Both the position numbers and the translations under genes were made by a program. 64,000 nt of DNA from Octopus bimaculoides (Eukaryota), in contig NC_068983.1 in the NCBI RefSeq assembly GCF_001194135.2, forward strand, positions 53,342,280-53,406,279. The letters run 5' to 3'. This document shows positions 12,740 through 26,423 of the stretch, piece after piece (position 1 is the stretch's first letter; the number at the start of each line of letters is the position of its first letter). Below the pieces are notes generated by a model that worked only from the letters and a program-made list of their open reading frames with translations, did not search any database and was not told where the DNA came from.

Positions 12740-15613
12740 TGATTGTAATACTAACCATTTTACATTTATACATTGTCAGTTGTTTGCAGTCCTTAACAAA
12801 AGCATGTCTGGGTTTTTCATTGTTTGACAAACTGGGAACTATTATTACCTTGCTTGTAAAGAGGCTGAGGGTTAATGACAGAAATGGTATTCAGCTGTAG
12901 AAAAATTCACCTCCGTGAAGTTTCAGCTGAGCCATGCAAGCATGGAAAAGTGAACAATAAGTTGATGATGATGATGATGACATAAGTGTGTATGTGTGTG
13001 TGTATTTATTTATCTTGGGTCAAATTTGCTGTAGTACAAATGCTTTTTGATTAACACTTTCCCTGGATGAGAGAGCCAAGTAGGATTCAATCGACCAATA
13101 ATTGAATGATGCTGAAAACTATATATATAAAAAAAGAAAATAGAACATGTTTCTGGTATTGCAGTATACATCAAGGAATGAATTGAGTGGAGAACATCTA
13201 GTTAGACAACTTCCCAATTCTTGAGGGTGACAACTTCTAGGGTTTCAGAGTGAGATTAATTAGTTTCCATATGATACCATTTGTATCGCTCTACCTGTCC
13301 ATTTCTCCTTGACTTGTAGCATCTCCTCAACTGTGCAGGAAGCTTTTAATTCTACTGATATCAAGGAGGTTTCCCCTGTCGGAATGAATGGAAGCTGGCA
13401 TATCAAAGATTTTCAAATAAGTTTATATGGCATTTCTTAACAATACGATCAGAAACACCAGCATAACATTGAAGAGCAGGCAAACCTTGATTAATCATCT
13501 CTGATGGTGAACCAGTATAAATTCTGATTGCTTGTTGGCAGAGGGCCTCTAAAATCAATATTCAGACACTTGAAAGGCCTTTTGCTATAATCAAGAGGGT
13601 TTTAGTTGATTTATAGAACTGTGGTATCATTTCAGCACAAGTAAAGGATCAATTGATAACATTCCTAACATTACAAGATGAGTAGAGTAAATTTTGGCAT
13701 TAAACAAACTGACTTAATCATTTAGCATTCAAATTATGCTGTTAAATCTTAATGCTTATTTATTCACATTGTGTTGAATTAATCATGCATTATTTCACAA
13801 CTAGTAGAATATTTGGGCTGGATATGGCCAGTTTAAATGCTAAAGCATAAATAGTGTGATGCCTGGATGAATGACAAACTGCATCAAAAAATTTCTGTAA
13901 AGTTGACATCTTTATTAATGAATGGCGGTACCCCAGCATGGCCACAGCTCATGAGCTGAAACTAGATAAAATGAAAAAAAAAAAAGATAAAATAAAAATG
14001 AATGGTAGTCAGAGTACACAGAACTAGATATGTTCTGCACATGAAGGGCTGAACATGAACATAATGTGAAGCAATCACTAGAAGCCTTATCCATTCCTGA
14101 ACAATATAGAATATCATAACCAACATAATGTATTTTATCATTATCTACGTTCCCCTATTTTTTGGTGTTAAATATGGGAAATACATCTTGCTGGTCTGTA
14201 AACTAAGTAAAGTGACTTCTGATTAGATGTTCCAATTTTTGAGGTACTTCAATAATAGCTAATACACTATTCTCCACTGGAGGTTGATTTTTCACATGCT
14301 TATCCAGTAACTTCAAGAAGAAAGCAACAGAGCAACTATTCTGATTCAAAACTGCTACCAGTATAAAATAAGATTCTTTCATTTCTAGAACAGATCATAT
14401 TGATTCATCTGTACAGTTGACAATTGAATTCCTAATGTCTCAGAGAAAACCTCATAGTTTCTAATTGTAGTCAGTGTTTGTTTAAATAATTTCTTATGAA
14501 TTTTAAATAATGTGAAGATGATCCTATGGTTCATTGCTTTGTTGTTGTTTAGCCTGTTCTATCAGTGTTTATAGTTCTGTTGTGTGACACTACATGACTG
14601 AGCATGTTCACTGAGGAAATGATGATGGAGAGGTCGTTGATACATCGCTGGTACTCATTTTATTTTAGTGAAATTCTCAGTCTCTCACCTACACTTCTGT
14701 TGAGTAAATCCTCAGAACTTCCAGTATTGGAGTAGAGACTGTATGTCTATATACCCTTTCTCAAGAGACATTGGGAAACATCGGTACTAAAGAACTGTTA
14801 ATATAGAACTTTCCTGCTTCAAATTCAATTCACAGTTGTATGTAGCTGTAGAAAGCTTCGAGACACAACTAGAACTGCATACTTTAATGAAGTGGTCACT
14901 TTTGTGATACTTATTACTGTTAACGTCTTTCACTGGACATTCATGGCAAGAGTTATGTATATTTCCTTAGTAAAATCACAACTGTTTTCTAGATTGTGGA
15001 TCTACAACAGCTTCAGTGAATTTAAAAGTAACAGCTTCTTTAGAGTAACTGATGCAATTTGTTAAAGGTATTGTATTGGTAAAGTTGATATGAGTTTTAT
15101 ACTCTTAAATACTCTTAAAGGCCAGATCTACAGCTTGAGCTTGACCATAAGTGTCAGTTAGTCAATAGTCTACTCTCTGAAAGTTGTTGACGTATTAAGT
15201 ACGAGTTAAGACTAGAAGCAAAGGTATTCCTCTTTGATTCATTGCAGTATATTTCAGCAGTAAGAGTCGTCAGAAAGTTGCAGTCCTTTGCCAATTGGCA
15301 TAGTGCCTGAAGAAACTCATTAATTCACTCAGTTTATGTTGCTAGTTGGTGTCTGGCAAATATTTCATACTTAGCTTTAATATATAAAGCTGTCGATCTC
15401 TGAATACCATCCTTGTATGAGGTAGAATCTGTAATGTATTCATGTGTTTTTGGTAACTATAAAAGTTGCCAGCATATTAAGCTTATTACATGCATTCATG
15501 TTTACTGTTTGAAAGATGTTTTAAAGAATTCTATACCAGTGAAGCCATTCTTTAGATGCAGAAGTGAAGTTTGGATTAACATTAAATCATTCTGGTTGTC
15601 AGTATTTTTCCAT
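12740..15613 (-). mobile_element. Decayed Gypsy LTR retrotransposon (gag, protease, RNase H, integrase; RT core apparently missing)
   Basis: Minus-strand translations with stops and frameshifts: gag MEKY*QPE*FNVNPNFTSASKEWLHW (ATG 15613) and FARHQLAT...EFLQALCQLAKDCNF; protease-like SNTGSSEDLLN (~14720); RNase H VAVLNQ..SVAFF...LAIIE...HFT*FTDQ (~14170-14360); integrase PFKCLNIDFRGPLP, MPASIHSDRG, NGQVERY/NGIIWK, PTWLSHPGKVL. Confidence 0.85.
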
Positions 15614-16659
15614 ATTTTTTCAGTAAATAAGCAATAAAAAATAGAAGTGAGGACCCACAGGCATCCAAGAACTTTAGGCTCTGTCAATTATCCAATATGT
15701 GTGCTTTTGTGCCGGCTACAGGAAGGAAAGGCGATTACTCTAGAGTCAGTTTATATATATATATGCTAAGTAAACAAAGAAGCCGACAAAACATTGGTGA
15801 ATGTAATGACCTCAGAACCAAAGTCACAAATTTTTATTTCTATATTCAGGCTATTGTTAACGGTCCATCTCATTAACACTGTAAACTTCTTTAACAAAAA
15901 ATTATTTTATTTCTTCTGATTTTTGTTTGTCTCCTACATTATTAAGGCAGCTTACATAATCTTTTTTCCCTATCTGCCTACTGAGGTATTTGTTTTTTTT
16001 TAAATTTATTGTACAGAATTAGTTCTGCTTGTAAGTATAAATATTTGTTTATAGTTTTACTGCGAATATGAATATTCCTTTAGATATTTTCTATTCTTGA
16101 TATCATTAAGCCAGAAATATCGAAAACATATATTAGCTACAAAAAAATTAAAAAAACAGAAAGAAGATAGGAGAGTTTACTGGAAAATTAGCTTATTTAG
16201 CAATCTCAAAGTTTACTGGAATAAATTTAAAAGTGGATTTTTGCGATGTTAGCATTCTTAAGATAAATCAATTATCAGTTTTTATCAGCAATAGAGTATG
16301 AGATACCAATGTTTCAAATGATAAATATATGACATTGTTAAAAAATAAAAGATGACTTCTTTTGAATATGCTTTATATGGTTGTCTATATTTTCAAACAC
16401 ACTGTAGGGTGAATTAATTTCCTTTGATTTCTAACAATCTAACAATCAGTAAAGCTAACATTTGAAATGTTTCTATATATTAATTTATTGCTGATATAAA
16501 AAAACAAAAAAAGATAATTTAATGACTTTTCAAATATTGTTTATAATTTTTATTGTTTAAAATGAGTTGTCTCTGATAATGAACTGGTTTTATGAATGTA
16601 CACATGTAGATCTACTTTTGAATTCTCTCTACTAAAGTCACAGAATGTTATACTATTTC

Positions 16660-17030
16660 ACTCTGTGTGGTAAGAAATTTGCTTCCCAACCATAAGGTTC
16701 TGGGTTCAGTCCTTTGGCAAATTTCAGTTCCTATAGTCTCAGATGAACCAAAGCCCTGTGAGTGGATTTGGTAGACAGAAACTGAAAGAAAGCCATCAAA
16801 AAGCACCCGTGGTGGTGCCACATAAAAAACACCTGTGCTGGTGTGCCACATAAAAGGCACCCAGTACACTTTGTTAAGTGGTTAGCATTAGAAAGGGCAT
16901 CCAGCAATAGGAACCAAGTGAAAACAGATGACTGGAACCTGGTGCAGCTCTTCAACTTGTCAGCTGTAGCCAAACTATTCAAGCCATGCCAGCATAGAAA
17001 GCAGACATTAAATGATGATGATGATGATGT
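16660..17030 (+). mobile_element. SINE head/body joined to an RTE 3' tail
   Basis: ctgtgtggtaagaa...gggttcagtcc...gaaactgaaagaagcc runs into aagcacccg...ccagcatagaaagcagacattaaatgatgatgatg. Confidence 0.7.
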
Positions 17031-18229
17031 ATGTGTGAGTGTGTTTGTGTCTTCTTGTCTTGACAATGTAGTAGTTGTAAATGGTTGTCAATATTTATAC
17101 GCAATCTGTCACTCATTTCTACAATTCTACAAGAACATGTCTGGTCACAAGGAAATTTTTACCTTGTTGTAAACAGGTGAGAGCTGCCAAGAGGAAGAGC
17201 GTCAGCTGGAGAAAATCTGCCTCAATAAACTCCATCTGACTTGTTTCAAAAGTGGACATTAAAACGATGATGATGATTATGATGATGATGATGACAATGA
17301 TGAATGTGTGTATTTGTGTATGTGCATGTGATTGTGGGGTCAGTAAAAGCTCTGTAAGTCCATGATAGGGTTGATTGATTCAAAAGTTTGAGAACATCTA
17401 TTCTAGAGCAACTTTATCATACAGCTATTCTTATTCAGTTATTCCTCTTGAATGGTTCCTATAATACTAAAATCCATTTTAAATTCTTTTTACTCTTAGT
17501 TCTTTTCACTGTTACATTATGCATTTTGCAGTTCATATATCATTTTTTCTGCTCGGTCTTCTGTTTCACTGTCATAAAACATATTTCTGACAGATTCTTT
17601 ACCATATTCTTCTCTTTGTCTAAAGTAAAAGAAACCATATTTTATTAACAAAGGAAACATTTCCCTAAACTTCTTTCATTTAGCTTTGAAACATAGATGC
17701 TCTTTGTTGTTGTTTTTTAGCCCCGGGTCAGTTGCGATTGATCTGGCCAATGTTCAAAGACACTCCAGCTATAACCATTCCATCATTGTATGCATTTGTA
17801 AGACTACATTGACCAATATGTCCATTCTTTTCTCCAACTGGCTGGGTGGGTCTTGAAGGAAAATTGGTTGCTATTTGTTCCAAGCTGACTAATTATGTAA
17901 AGGCTACCTTGTTGGTTCTATAGATAGCATTTTAGATAATCTAAATAACAGACACATTTATGATCTGAATATTTGTTATATTTTCTCTAAGTCCATTCAG
18001 TATTTATCATAATGCCTGTTGATTTGACAAAACATATCTCTCTCACAGCTTGTTCTGTTTACATTAAACAAAGTTGAAAATTGGTTGTCTTCAGGAACAC
18101 ACTATAGAAATTTTTACCTTTATGTTCTAACTATTTATATTTTGTATAATTTACTATTTTTCTGGCAAGTTAAGTAAATATCTGGTTCTTTCCTTCATCC
18201 ACTTTTCTGTTTTTTCCTCCTCCTCCTCC

Positions 18230-18460
18230 TCCTCATCATCATTTAACGTCTGTTTTCCATGCTGGCATGGGCTAGATGGTTTGTCAGGAGCTGGCAAGCT
18301 GAAGAGCTGCACCAGGCTGCAATAGTCTGTTTTGGTAAGGTTTTTGTGGTTGAATGCCCATCCTAATGCCAACCACTTAACAGAGTGTACTGGGTGCTTT
18401 TTACATGGCACCAGCACCAGTGCCACCATCACAGTGCCTTTCCTGTGGCACCAACACAGG
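18230..18460 (-). mobile_element. RTE LINE 3' tail
   Basis: catcatcatttaacgtctgttttccatgctggcatggg...gtgcttttt. Confidence 0.8.
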
Positions 18461-20329
18461 TGCTTCCCTATATTATATATTTGCTGGGTTTCTTTTTAAT
18501 GAAAGATATAAGTTCTTAATTAGTACATTTGCATTGAATTAATCCATATAAAATGTTTTAATACATGAAACAGTAACCTCTCAATCTGCTTGATATTAAT
18601 GTATCACCTGCATTACCTTGATACTCTGTGAGTGTGTGTGTGTGTGAAAATTTTGTTGATTGGTTTCTGATAAAGAAGCTATATATGCTAATAACTGTTT
18701 TACCTTCATTTAAATATGTGGGCAACTGTTATTTTTACAAAAGCCAGCTAGCTTGAGGTCAGTAACGCTTGCAGTACATTGGTACTGAAAAAGTTAATTT
18801 ATTAAACAATTATACTTGCTAGCAATAATAATCCTAGAAAGCTTCCCAACATATACCCTTCACTTCAAATGAAATGGATCAAAACAACTATGTTGTTGTT
18901 TTTTGAGAGACAACAAATACATTATAAATGATCAAAAAATATTACACTACTGCATTTCAAAGCGAATAATGTTCCTATAATATTAACATTTTTATCAAAA
19001 ATTAACTTCAATGAAAACTGAATCAACTTGATAATGATGGTGGTCTGGCAAGCAATTCATAGGAGTCAAATTTTAATAATGATATCTAAAATATTTATCA
19101 GTCTTTATTTCAAATAATAAAATTGTTCTTTAACTATCATAAAATTTTAAAATAAATGTGCTTTTCAAAACAATATATTTATAAAGTGATTTATTTTACT
19201 TTAATTATCTGCATAACATTTTCTATATTTCTAATGAGTTCTAGAATTTGTTTCTTCACTTTCACATTTAAGCTTTTAATTATTCATTTTCATATTTTTC
19301 TATTTCAATTTTGTTCCTTTATTTCAATTCTTGAAATTATTTATTCATTTTCTACATGATTAGAGGAACTATTCATTGACTCATTGTTTTCCACATTTAG
19401 AAATTTCTTTCAATAGTTTGTTTCCAGTATGTTTATTTCTCCATTATAACTTTAGATGGTTACTGCAAATATCAATTCAATTCTTCTGTCCAAAGATTAA
19501 TCTGTACTCTTTCTCACGCTCCTCTTCTATATGTTGCGTTCAATTGGTTGGTCTTTTTCTTCTTGTTCTTCTGATTATCTAATTGCACCATATTGTGTAG
19601 TCATGTGTTTAGCACTCCCAGAAGTACATTAATAAAATATATTTTTCTTAATGACTATGAGAAATAATTATAAATCATTGTAAGTTACCAGTTTCTAACC
19701 CCATATTAATTATATTAGTCAATAGTTAGCACACTCCTGCTAATGTACTCAGAAGATTAGCTCCTTTAGACTGTTAAATATGCTCCCATAGGCCAGCTAA
19801 ATCATTACTCTATGTAGCTGCTTTCTATGACATCACCCCTGATCTTGAACAATGCTGGAGCCAGCTTTCAAGCTAAAAAACAATTTATCAACATATTACA
19901 GAGTCATTTAAATATTCTTTTGTCATTGGTTGTGTGGTAAAAAAGTCCATGTTGCAACCACGTTGTTTCCAGTTCAGTCCTGCTGCACAGCACCTAAGAC
20001 AACTGCCTTCTACTATAATCCTGGCCAATCAATGGTTGCTTGTGAATTTGGTTAATGAAATGTAAACGATTCAAACTATAGCTTAGTCAAAGGAGAAAGG
20101 TAGCAGCCATAACACTTTATAGGATCTCCATGACTGGTGTGAAAAAGAGAAAAGGTTTTATACAGACCAGAGGAAGACTTGTTTACAGTTCCAAGATACG
20201 TCTTGTGAATACTCTGAGATGTATCATCAGGGATGTTTCTGTGATCTCAGAGGGTTTCAGCTTTCACCATCAGGCCCTCTCGCCCAGTTAACAAAGCTGG
20301 GATTGACTGAGTCCCAACTTTCATCCCAT

Positions 20330-20640
20330 TAGCAGAAAACCACCTAGGGGTCTTTTCTGCATCTTCAGCAATGAAATTTATGGCCCTCCTCTTTGCTACA
20401 CTAGTAACTTCATGCCCAGTCAGTGATTAACAGAATAGACACCCCTACAGAACCCTGGCGGTCTACTTCAATTGCCTTTCAACTTGCCCGCCAGCTCTGA
20501 TTTCTGCCCTGCTCTACCAGTTCTTAGTATTTAACAAGCTTCTTCTCATGAGCCTCCTCCATATGTTCTTCCCAGAACACAATTAGTTCCTGCACAATCA
20601 CTTGTTCAGTGGAATTTGAGAAGATGTGCTAAAGGCTTCG
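20330..20640 (-). mobile_element. HERO-like (R2-superfamily, REL endonuclease) LINE C-terminal remnant
   Basis: Minus strand: QVIVQELIVFWEEHMEEAHEKKLVKY*ELVEQGRNQSWRAS*KAIEVDRQG, then KRRAINFIAEDAEKTPRW. This matches the recalled HERO motif ELTVPWEE..EEAHERK..KY..L....GW......EVG.RG. Confidence 0.75.
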
Positions 20641-21467
20641 TACTATCAGGTGTGAGGTTATTAAACCAGCCAACAGATTAAGTCTATGTTGTTTAAGTTA
20701 TATATTTCACTTTGTCACTATTGGTAAAATAGTTACGAGCATTCTAACAAATCTTTAAATCTATTTTCCATCTCTCTACCACGAATACTGTGCTTCCTTT
20801 AGTATCTTCATTGACTGTGTGTAAAAATAACCATAGTCTGATAAGACAAGGAAAAGAGAAACGAGAAGCAAAATAATGCATTTAGTTCCAGATCTGATAG
20901 ATTAGTAAGTAATTTGGTTATATAACAAATCAAAATGAGAGCCAAAGGATTTATGGTATCATGTCACTTACCAAGGTATTTATCTATCATTACAATTGTT
21001 ACTCTTACAGAGTTGTTGCTGGAACCACTATTTATGGAATGTATTTCGTAGATACTGTTTTAATTAAGCACCAGATTATGTTCTCAGATAAACTAGTAAT
21101 ATTTGAAAGATAGCTGCACCTGTTTCCATTCAGATAAGTTAAGCAAACACAGTGAAAGGCAATTTGTTTAAAAAAAAACAAAAAGACTTGAAATTATGAT
21201 TTTATCTTTTTACCCAAAATTTTGAAATTTTCTGAGAAAATGTTTAGTGCAAATTATATTGTATTAGAAGTTAACTTTGGATAGAGAAATGTGTAAATTA
21301 TATACCCAAGATAAGCCATAGAGATAGGTGATCATTGAAAATATCTTAAATCTATATTCTCAAGTAAATGTGAACTACTTATTACATAAACCAATTAGGA
21401 AGTTGCTATTCGGTTACCCTGCTAGATATAGCAACTAAATTTCCCTCAAATTATACCTTACTCTCTA

Positions 21468-21519
21468 GTATTGTGCATCTAGGATGATAAATATATTCAT
21501 CATCCTAGGTGCACAATAC
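21468..21519. repeat. 21-bp near-perfect inverted repeat (hairpin)
   Basis: gtattgtgcatctaggatgat (21468-21488) pairs with atcatcctaggtgcacaatac (21499-21519): one G:U on the + strand and a 10-nt loop. Confidence 0.9.
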
Positions 21520-23678
21520 CCCCACCCTAAAAGAAGGACCATGACCAGGGATTAACTAAACTTATTCAGTCTATTTGATCATTATTTCAGTTAATCTTAT
21601 CTTAACCTTTCGTCTATTAACAAGAGAAATGGTTAATACATGTAAATAATTTTCATGAGAAAATTGAAAGATCCAGAAGTAGGGAATAGAAAGAGGAGCC
21701 AGCATTATCAGGGTAGGGGCTGCTTTGTAACATGCCTGTGTTACATTATACTGTATTACATTTCTTATCAATTCTCTTAAACTTTATTTCCTCAGCATAT
21801 CCATAAAGATTTGTCATACTTCTGTATCAGTATCATGATGCCAAATGAGGGGCTGCATCAAATCAGTTATCACACACACATCTTCATTTATCCCTCTGTG
21901 CTGCTATCACTCCCTCTCCTTCAGGTTACTTTTCAATTAAAATTCATCACTCTCTTACCATCATGATCTCAACTATTCACCATTCACACTCTCTCTTACC
22001 AGCTAACATCAGCTTTCTTTACTACTGACCAATAATCCCTCTCTCAGAGATTATTGTCCTCCAGCATACTCTCTTACTTCTGACCATTTGTGCAATTATC
22101 CACCACATAATCTTTCCTTTACATGCAACATGTAACTATCATTAATGTTTCTCTCCCATTACTCTCTCTCCCTCTTCCTCATATACACCCTGCCATTATT
22201 GTGTCTTTCCTTTCTTACTCCTTCCAACACTGTCTCACCCATTTCTCCCTGTCCTTTCACATTCCACAGTCATACTGTTTCCCCCCATCATTTTGTCTCT
22301 CCCTCTCATTCATCTTCAGCAACTTCCATCTCTTCTATCTACAATATTGGTCATGTTGTCATGAACAAATGGAGACAATGCAGATCAGTAAATACTCTTT
22401 AGTCTCGTGGGAAACAAAGTAGCTTCACTGATGCAGGTACTATGATAAAATGCACCTGTATTTTGTGAAGGAGTTTTATCGAGCTCAGGTGACATACACT
22501 TGACAGGACCTTTTAATCTTGTCTTGTTGAGGGCATTATAACTCTCTAGTACTGTTACCATGATGCAATGCACCCAAAGCAAGCTGTAAAATTAGTTGAT
22601 GGTCAGAAGGGCAAACAGCCAAAACACTATGCCAAAAACTAGTTTACAAGTAAGACATAGTTATCTGACCTATCTAGGAGAGCAATAGCTTGTAATGATT
22701 TGTAGGCACACAGTATTTTGTTATGCAACCATAATATAATATAAAGTGTATTAAACATTTTTATAAGTCAATAACATGTTCTACTGTGTTAGCAGGGCGT
22801 TTTACATCACTTGTTGAGGTTATCTCTACATATATTCGATGGAAATTATTGCTAGCATTGGTTTTTGTCATCTTCGGTCTCATTGTTTGTTTACATCTGA
22901 CATCTCGGATACAAAACATCGTAACAAAAATCAGTGCTGGCTGTAATTTCTATAGAATACCTGTAGTGATAATCTTAATAATTATAAATTGCTCTCAATG
23001 AAGACTAACTCAGACTGTGGCAACCCATCTAACCCATAGCAACATGGAAAGCTAACACCTGCTGATAATGTTGATGATGATGATGATTCTATCGTATAGG
23101 ATACATGAATTATTTTGAGATAATATTAGAATTTATATGTTCTTGTAGAGAGAAGCAACACAAATTGTTAATAATATTTAGGATATTAAATATTCATCGA
23201 ACAAATATACTTGAGTTAATAGTTCTTTGGCATCAGTTTTTTTTAATAGGTATATGTAAGAAAATAAGAGAAAGGATAAAAAACATTTTTCTAGTCTTTA
23301 ATTTAGAGAAATACTTTTTTACAAACTTAAATAAACTTGTTTACTTAAGTTTGTAACTCTAAACTATCATATTAGAATATATTTGCAAAATAAGTGAAGA
23401 TTTCAACAAGATTTCCTGTTATAAATAGCAACTCACTTCATACCTAAATGGTAATTCATTTGTCTTGCATGTAAGGTATTTAGTAAGCTATTCATCTTTT
23501 ATATTTTATGCATAATTTGTATCTCATTCATGTCAATAGACTCCTTCTCACAATTTTTCTCCATGGTGTCATACTGGTTTCATCAATTTGTTGCTTTTTC
23601 AATTTCGTTACTTCATACTTATCATTCAACTTAAACAACAAATGGAGAAATATTGTTTCTGCTGTTTTTACATATCTA

Positions 23679-23707
23679 TGATTATTATTATTATTATTAT
23701 TATTATT

Positions 23708-23757
<50 letters not shown>

Positions 23758-23780
23758 TATTATTATTATTGTCATTATTA
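23679..23780. repeat. Compound (ATT)n(ATC)n(ATT)n microsatellite
   Basis: Direct reading. Confidence 0.95.
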
Positions 23781-24396
23781 TTTTTTTGGCTTCATACCTA
23801 TCACATGACTGCATTTTTTTTCTCAAGCTAGAGAATTCAGAATAAATGCAATGAAAGTAAAATGAAAAGAATTTCTATGAAGAGAACTTAAAAGCAGGAA
23901 TGCATAATAACTGAAAGATGAGACATGATGGCAGAACATTTTAATACAAAAGGCAGATTTATTTTGGGAAGAAGAAAGGATTTATTTTAGAAAGGAGAAA
24001 ACTTAAGATTACGCTTAGCAAAAGAGGGAAAAATTGAGTTTTTAAAACAAAGTTTATATCAGGTGGAAGAATATGTGGTATCCAGAATACAGGCTCAAAG
24101 ATCATAAGTTCAACTTCACTGCAAGAATTTCAGTGCATATTTGGACTCACTTTTGTATATCTCAAACTACCCAAGTCTCTGATATAGGTGCTAACAGCAG
24201 AGATTCAGGAAATATTAACTAAGATGGACCAATCATATTCAGAGGAGGATTCTTTTCATCTGCTTCACGCAGTAATATTTTCTGTACAAAAGTATGGATC
24301 GGGCATGTTGTTTTAACCGTATTTTCATATTTTTTTACCTTTAGAGAATGAGAGCTGCTGCATATTCCAAACTTTATTATGATGTACATATATATA

Positions 24397-24870
24397 GGCG
24401 TAGGAGTGGCTGTGTGGTAAGTAGCTTACTTACCAGCCACATGGTTCCGGGTTCAGTCCCACTGCGTGGCATCTTGGGCAAGTGTCTTCTACTATAGCCT
24501 CAGGCCGACCAAAGCCTTGTGAGTGGATTTGGTAGACGGAAACTGAAAGAAGCCCGTTGTATATATTTATANNNNNNNNNNCAGGCCGACCAAAGCCTTG
24601 TGAGTGGATTTGGTAGACGGAAACTGAAAGAAGCCCGTTGTATATATTTATATATATATGTATGTGTTTGTTTGTCTGTGTTTGTCCCCCCAACATCGCT
24701 TGACAACCGATGCTGGTGTGTTTATGTCCCCGTAACTTAGTGGTTCGGCAAAAGAGACTAATAGAATAAGTACTAGGCTTCTAAAGAATAAGTCCTGGGT
24801 CGATTTGCTTGACTAAAGGTGGTGCTCCAGCATGGCCACAGTCAAAAGACTGAAACAAGTAAAAGAGTAT
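24397..24870 (+). mobile_element. tRNA-derived SINE, near full length
   Basis: A box TGGCTGTGTGG and B box GGTTCAGTCCC, then cttgggcaagtg core, internal (TA)/(TG) tract and gactgaaacaagtaaaag tail. The segment repeated across the 10-N gap is an assembly overlap. Confidence 0.85.
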
Positions 24871-25327
24871 ATATGATGACATGATCATCATCAACATTGT
24901 CATCATTTTTATAACGTCTGTTTACCCACCTTGATATCAATTTTCATTTATTTCATTTGTTCATTATCTTCATTGTGATCCTCAGCGATCCTAGCCTGAA
25001 CTAAAATTGGTCTCCCTTTATCCCTTGTTTTCACTGTTGTCTACTTATGCTATTTCCCAGCATGTCTTACTCATTTTCAGTAGTGCAGTCAGATCTACAC
25101 CAGATATTAGCCAGCGCTTCTGATAATCAGATGTATTCTCATTTCAGTTGCATATTTAACAAACCGTACTTAATCTGTCACTCTACAATATTTGAAGACC
25201 TTCACAACGACTGTCCATGTTAAACTGCTCTAAAAAATTTCACTTCTAACATGAACTTTAAGTAGAATTTGGTTGGTGGGAACTTGCCAAAATCATTATC
25301 ATATATATGTATGTATGCCATTGTACA

Positions 25328-26345
25328 CTTTTATTTCAAGATTTCTTGCCAATAGAGAAAGAGCCAGTTTCTAACATAGATCTAAGGCTCCTTCATTGGA
25401 ATTTTAACATCAACAACAGGGTATTTTTGCTTGTATGTATGTATGTAATGTATGTATGTATGTATGTATGTATGTAATGCATGTATGTATATAAGTATGT
25501 ATGTATATATGTATGTATGTATGTATGTATATATGTATGTGTGTATGTATGTGCAGATTGATATGTTTTATATATGTATTCTCATGCATATAGTTGCATA
25601 TCAAGATATGCTCATATATATTTAAATGCTAAACTTCTGGAAGGTTTTACAAATTTTTACAGTTCCAGTGATGGATTGGATCTGTAGTCTTTGAATTAGC
25701 TTTCTCCTTTCTGGTTTTGAGAAACTTAATTTCTCNNNNNNNNNNNNNNNNNNNNNNNNNNNNNNNNNNNNNNNNNNNNNNNNNNNNNNNNNNNNNNNNN
25801 NNNNNNNNNNNNNNNNNNNNNNNNNNNNNNNNNNNNNNNNNNNNNNNNNNNNNNNNNNNNNNNNNNNNNNNNNNNNNNNNNNNNNNNNNNNNNNNNNNNN
25901 NNNNNNNNNNNNNNNNNNNNNNNNNNNNNNNNNNNNNNNNNNNTTAACATCTACTGGGCAGCTAATTTCCACAACTGTACACAGTTTCTTTTCTCTATCC
26001 CAAATCATTATATCAGGTCCATTGTGCTTACATTTTATTGAGGTCTTCACTGATACATTCCACCAGTATTCCTTTTTATTATGAGTGGCTATGGCTTCTA
26101 CCATACTGTGGGTCTTATTTCTTTGTCCTCTGAATTATCCTTCTGACAGATTCCTTTATAGAGTGTCCAAGCTACATCATATCTCATCTGTAGATAATAC
26201 TGTGATGACATTTTTGGGCAACTTCTTATGATGTGGGTGATATCTTCAGTGTTAATTCCACAAAGTCTGCATCGGTTGTCACATTTTACTGGTTTTCCCG
26301 CATCTCTATCCCTTTTGTGCATCAGGTACTTGGTGATATTTCCTG
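25328..26345 (-). mobile_element. R4/Dong-like REL-endonuclease LINE, 5'-truncated, with a (CATA)n-containing 3' UTR
   Basis: CRLCGINTEDITHIIRSCP (CCHC knuckle) and KHNGPDIMIWDREKKLCTVVEISCP (PD-(D/E)xK). Stop at 25622-25624; the 3' UTR ends gaaatcttgaaataaaa on the minus strand. Confidence 0.8.
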
Positions 26346-26392
26346 CTCCTGAATTGCAAACACATACCCATGCATGCATGCATGCATATATA

Positions 26393-26423
<31 letters not shown>

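Noticed and set aside
22786-23001. Hydrophobic 71-aa ORF resembling a transmembrane segment
   Set aside because: No splice signals or family motif; hydrophobic ORFs arise by chance in T-rich DNA.
24397-24470. tRNA gene calls at SINE heads with A and B boxes
   Set aside because: No complete cloverleaf; each continues into SINE body sequence repeated across the window.
24490-24660. Apparent ~80-bp tandem duplication inside a SINE (also 36182-36245)
   Set aside because: Identical copies flank 10-N gaps, typical of unmerged contig overlaps.
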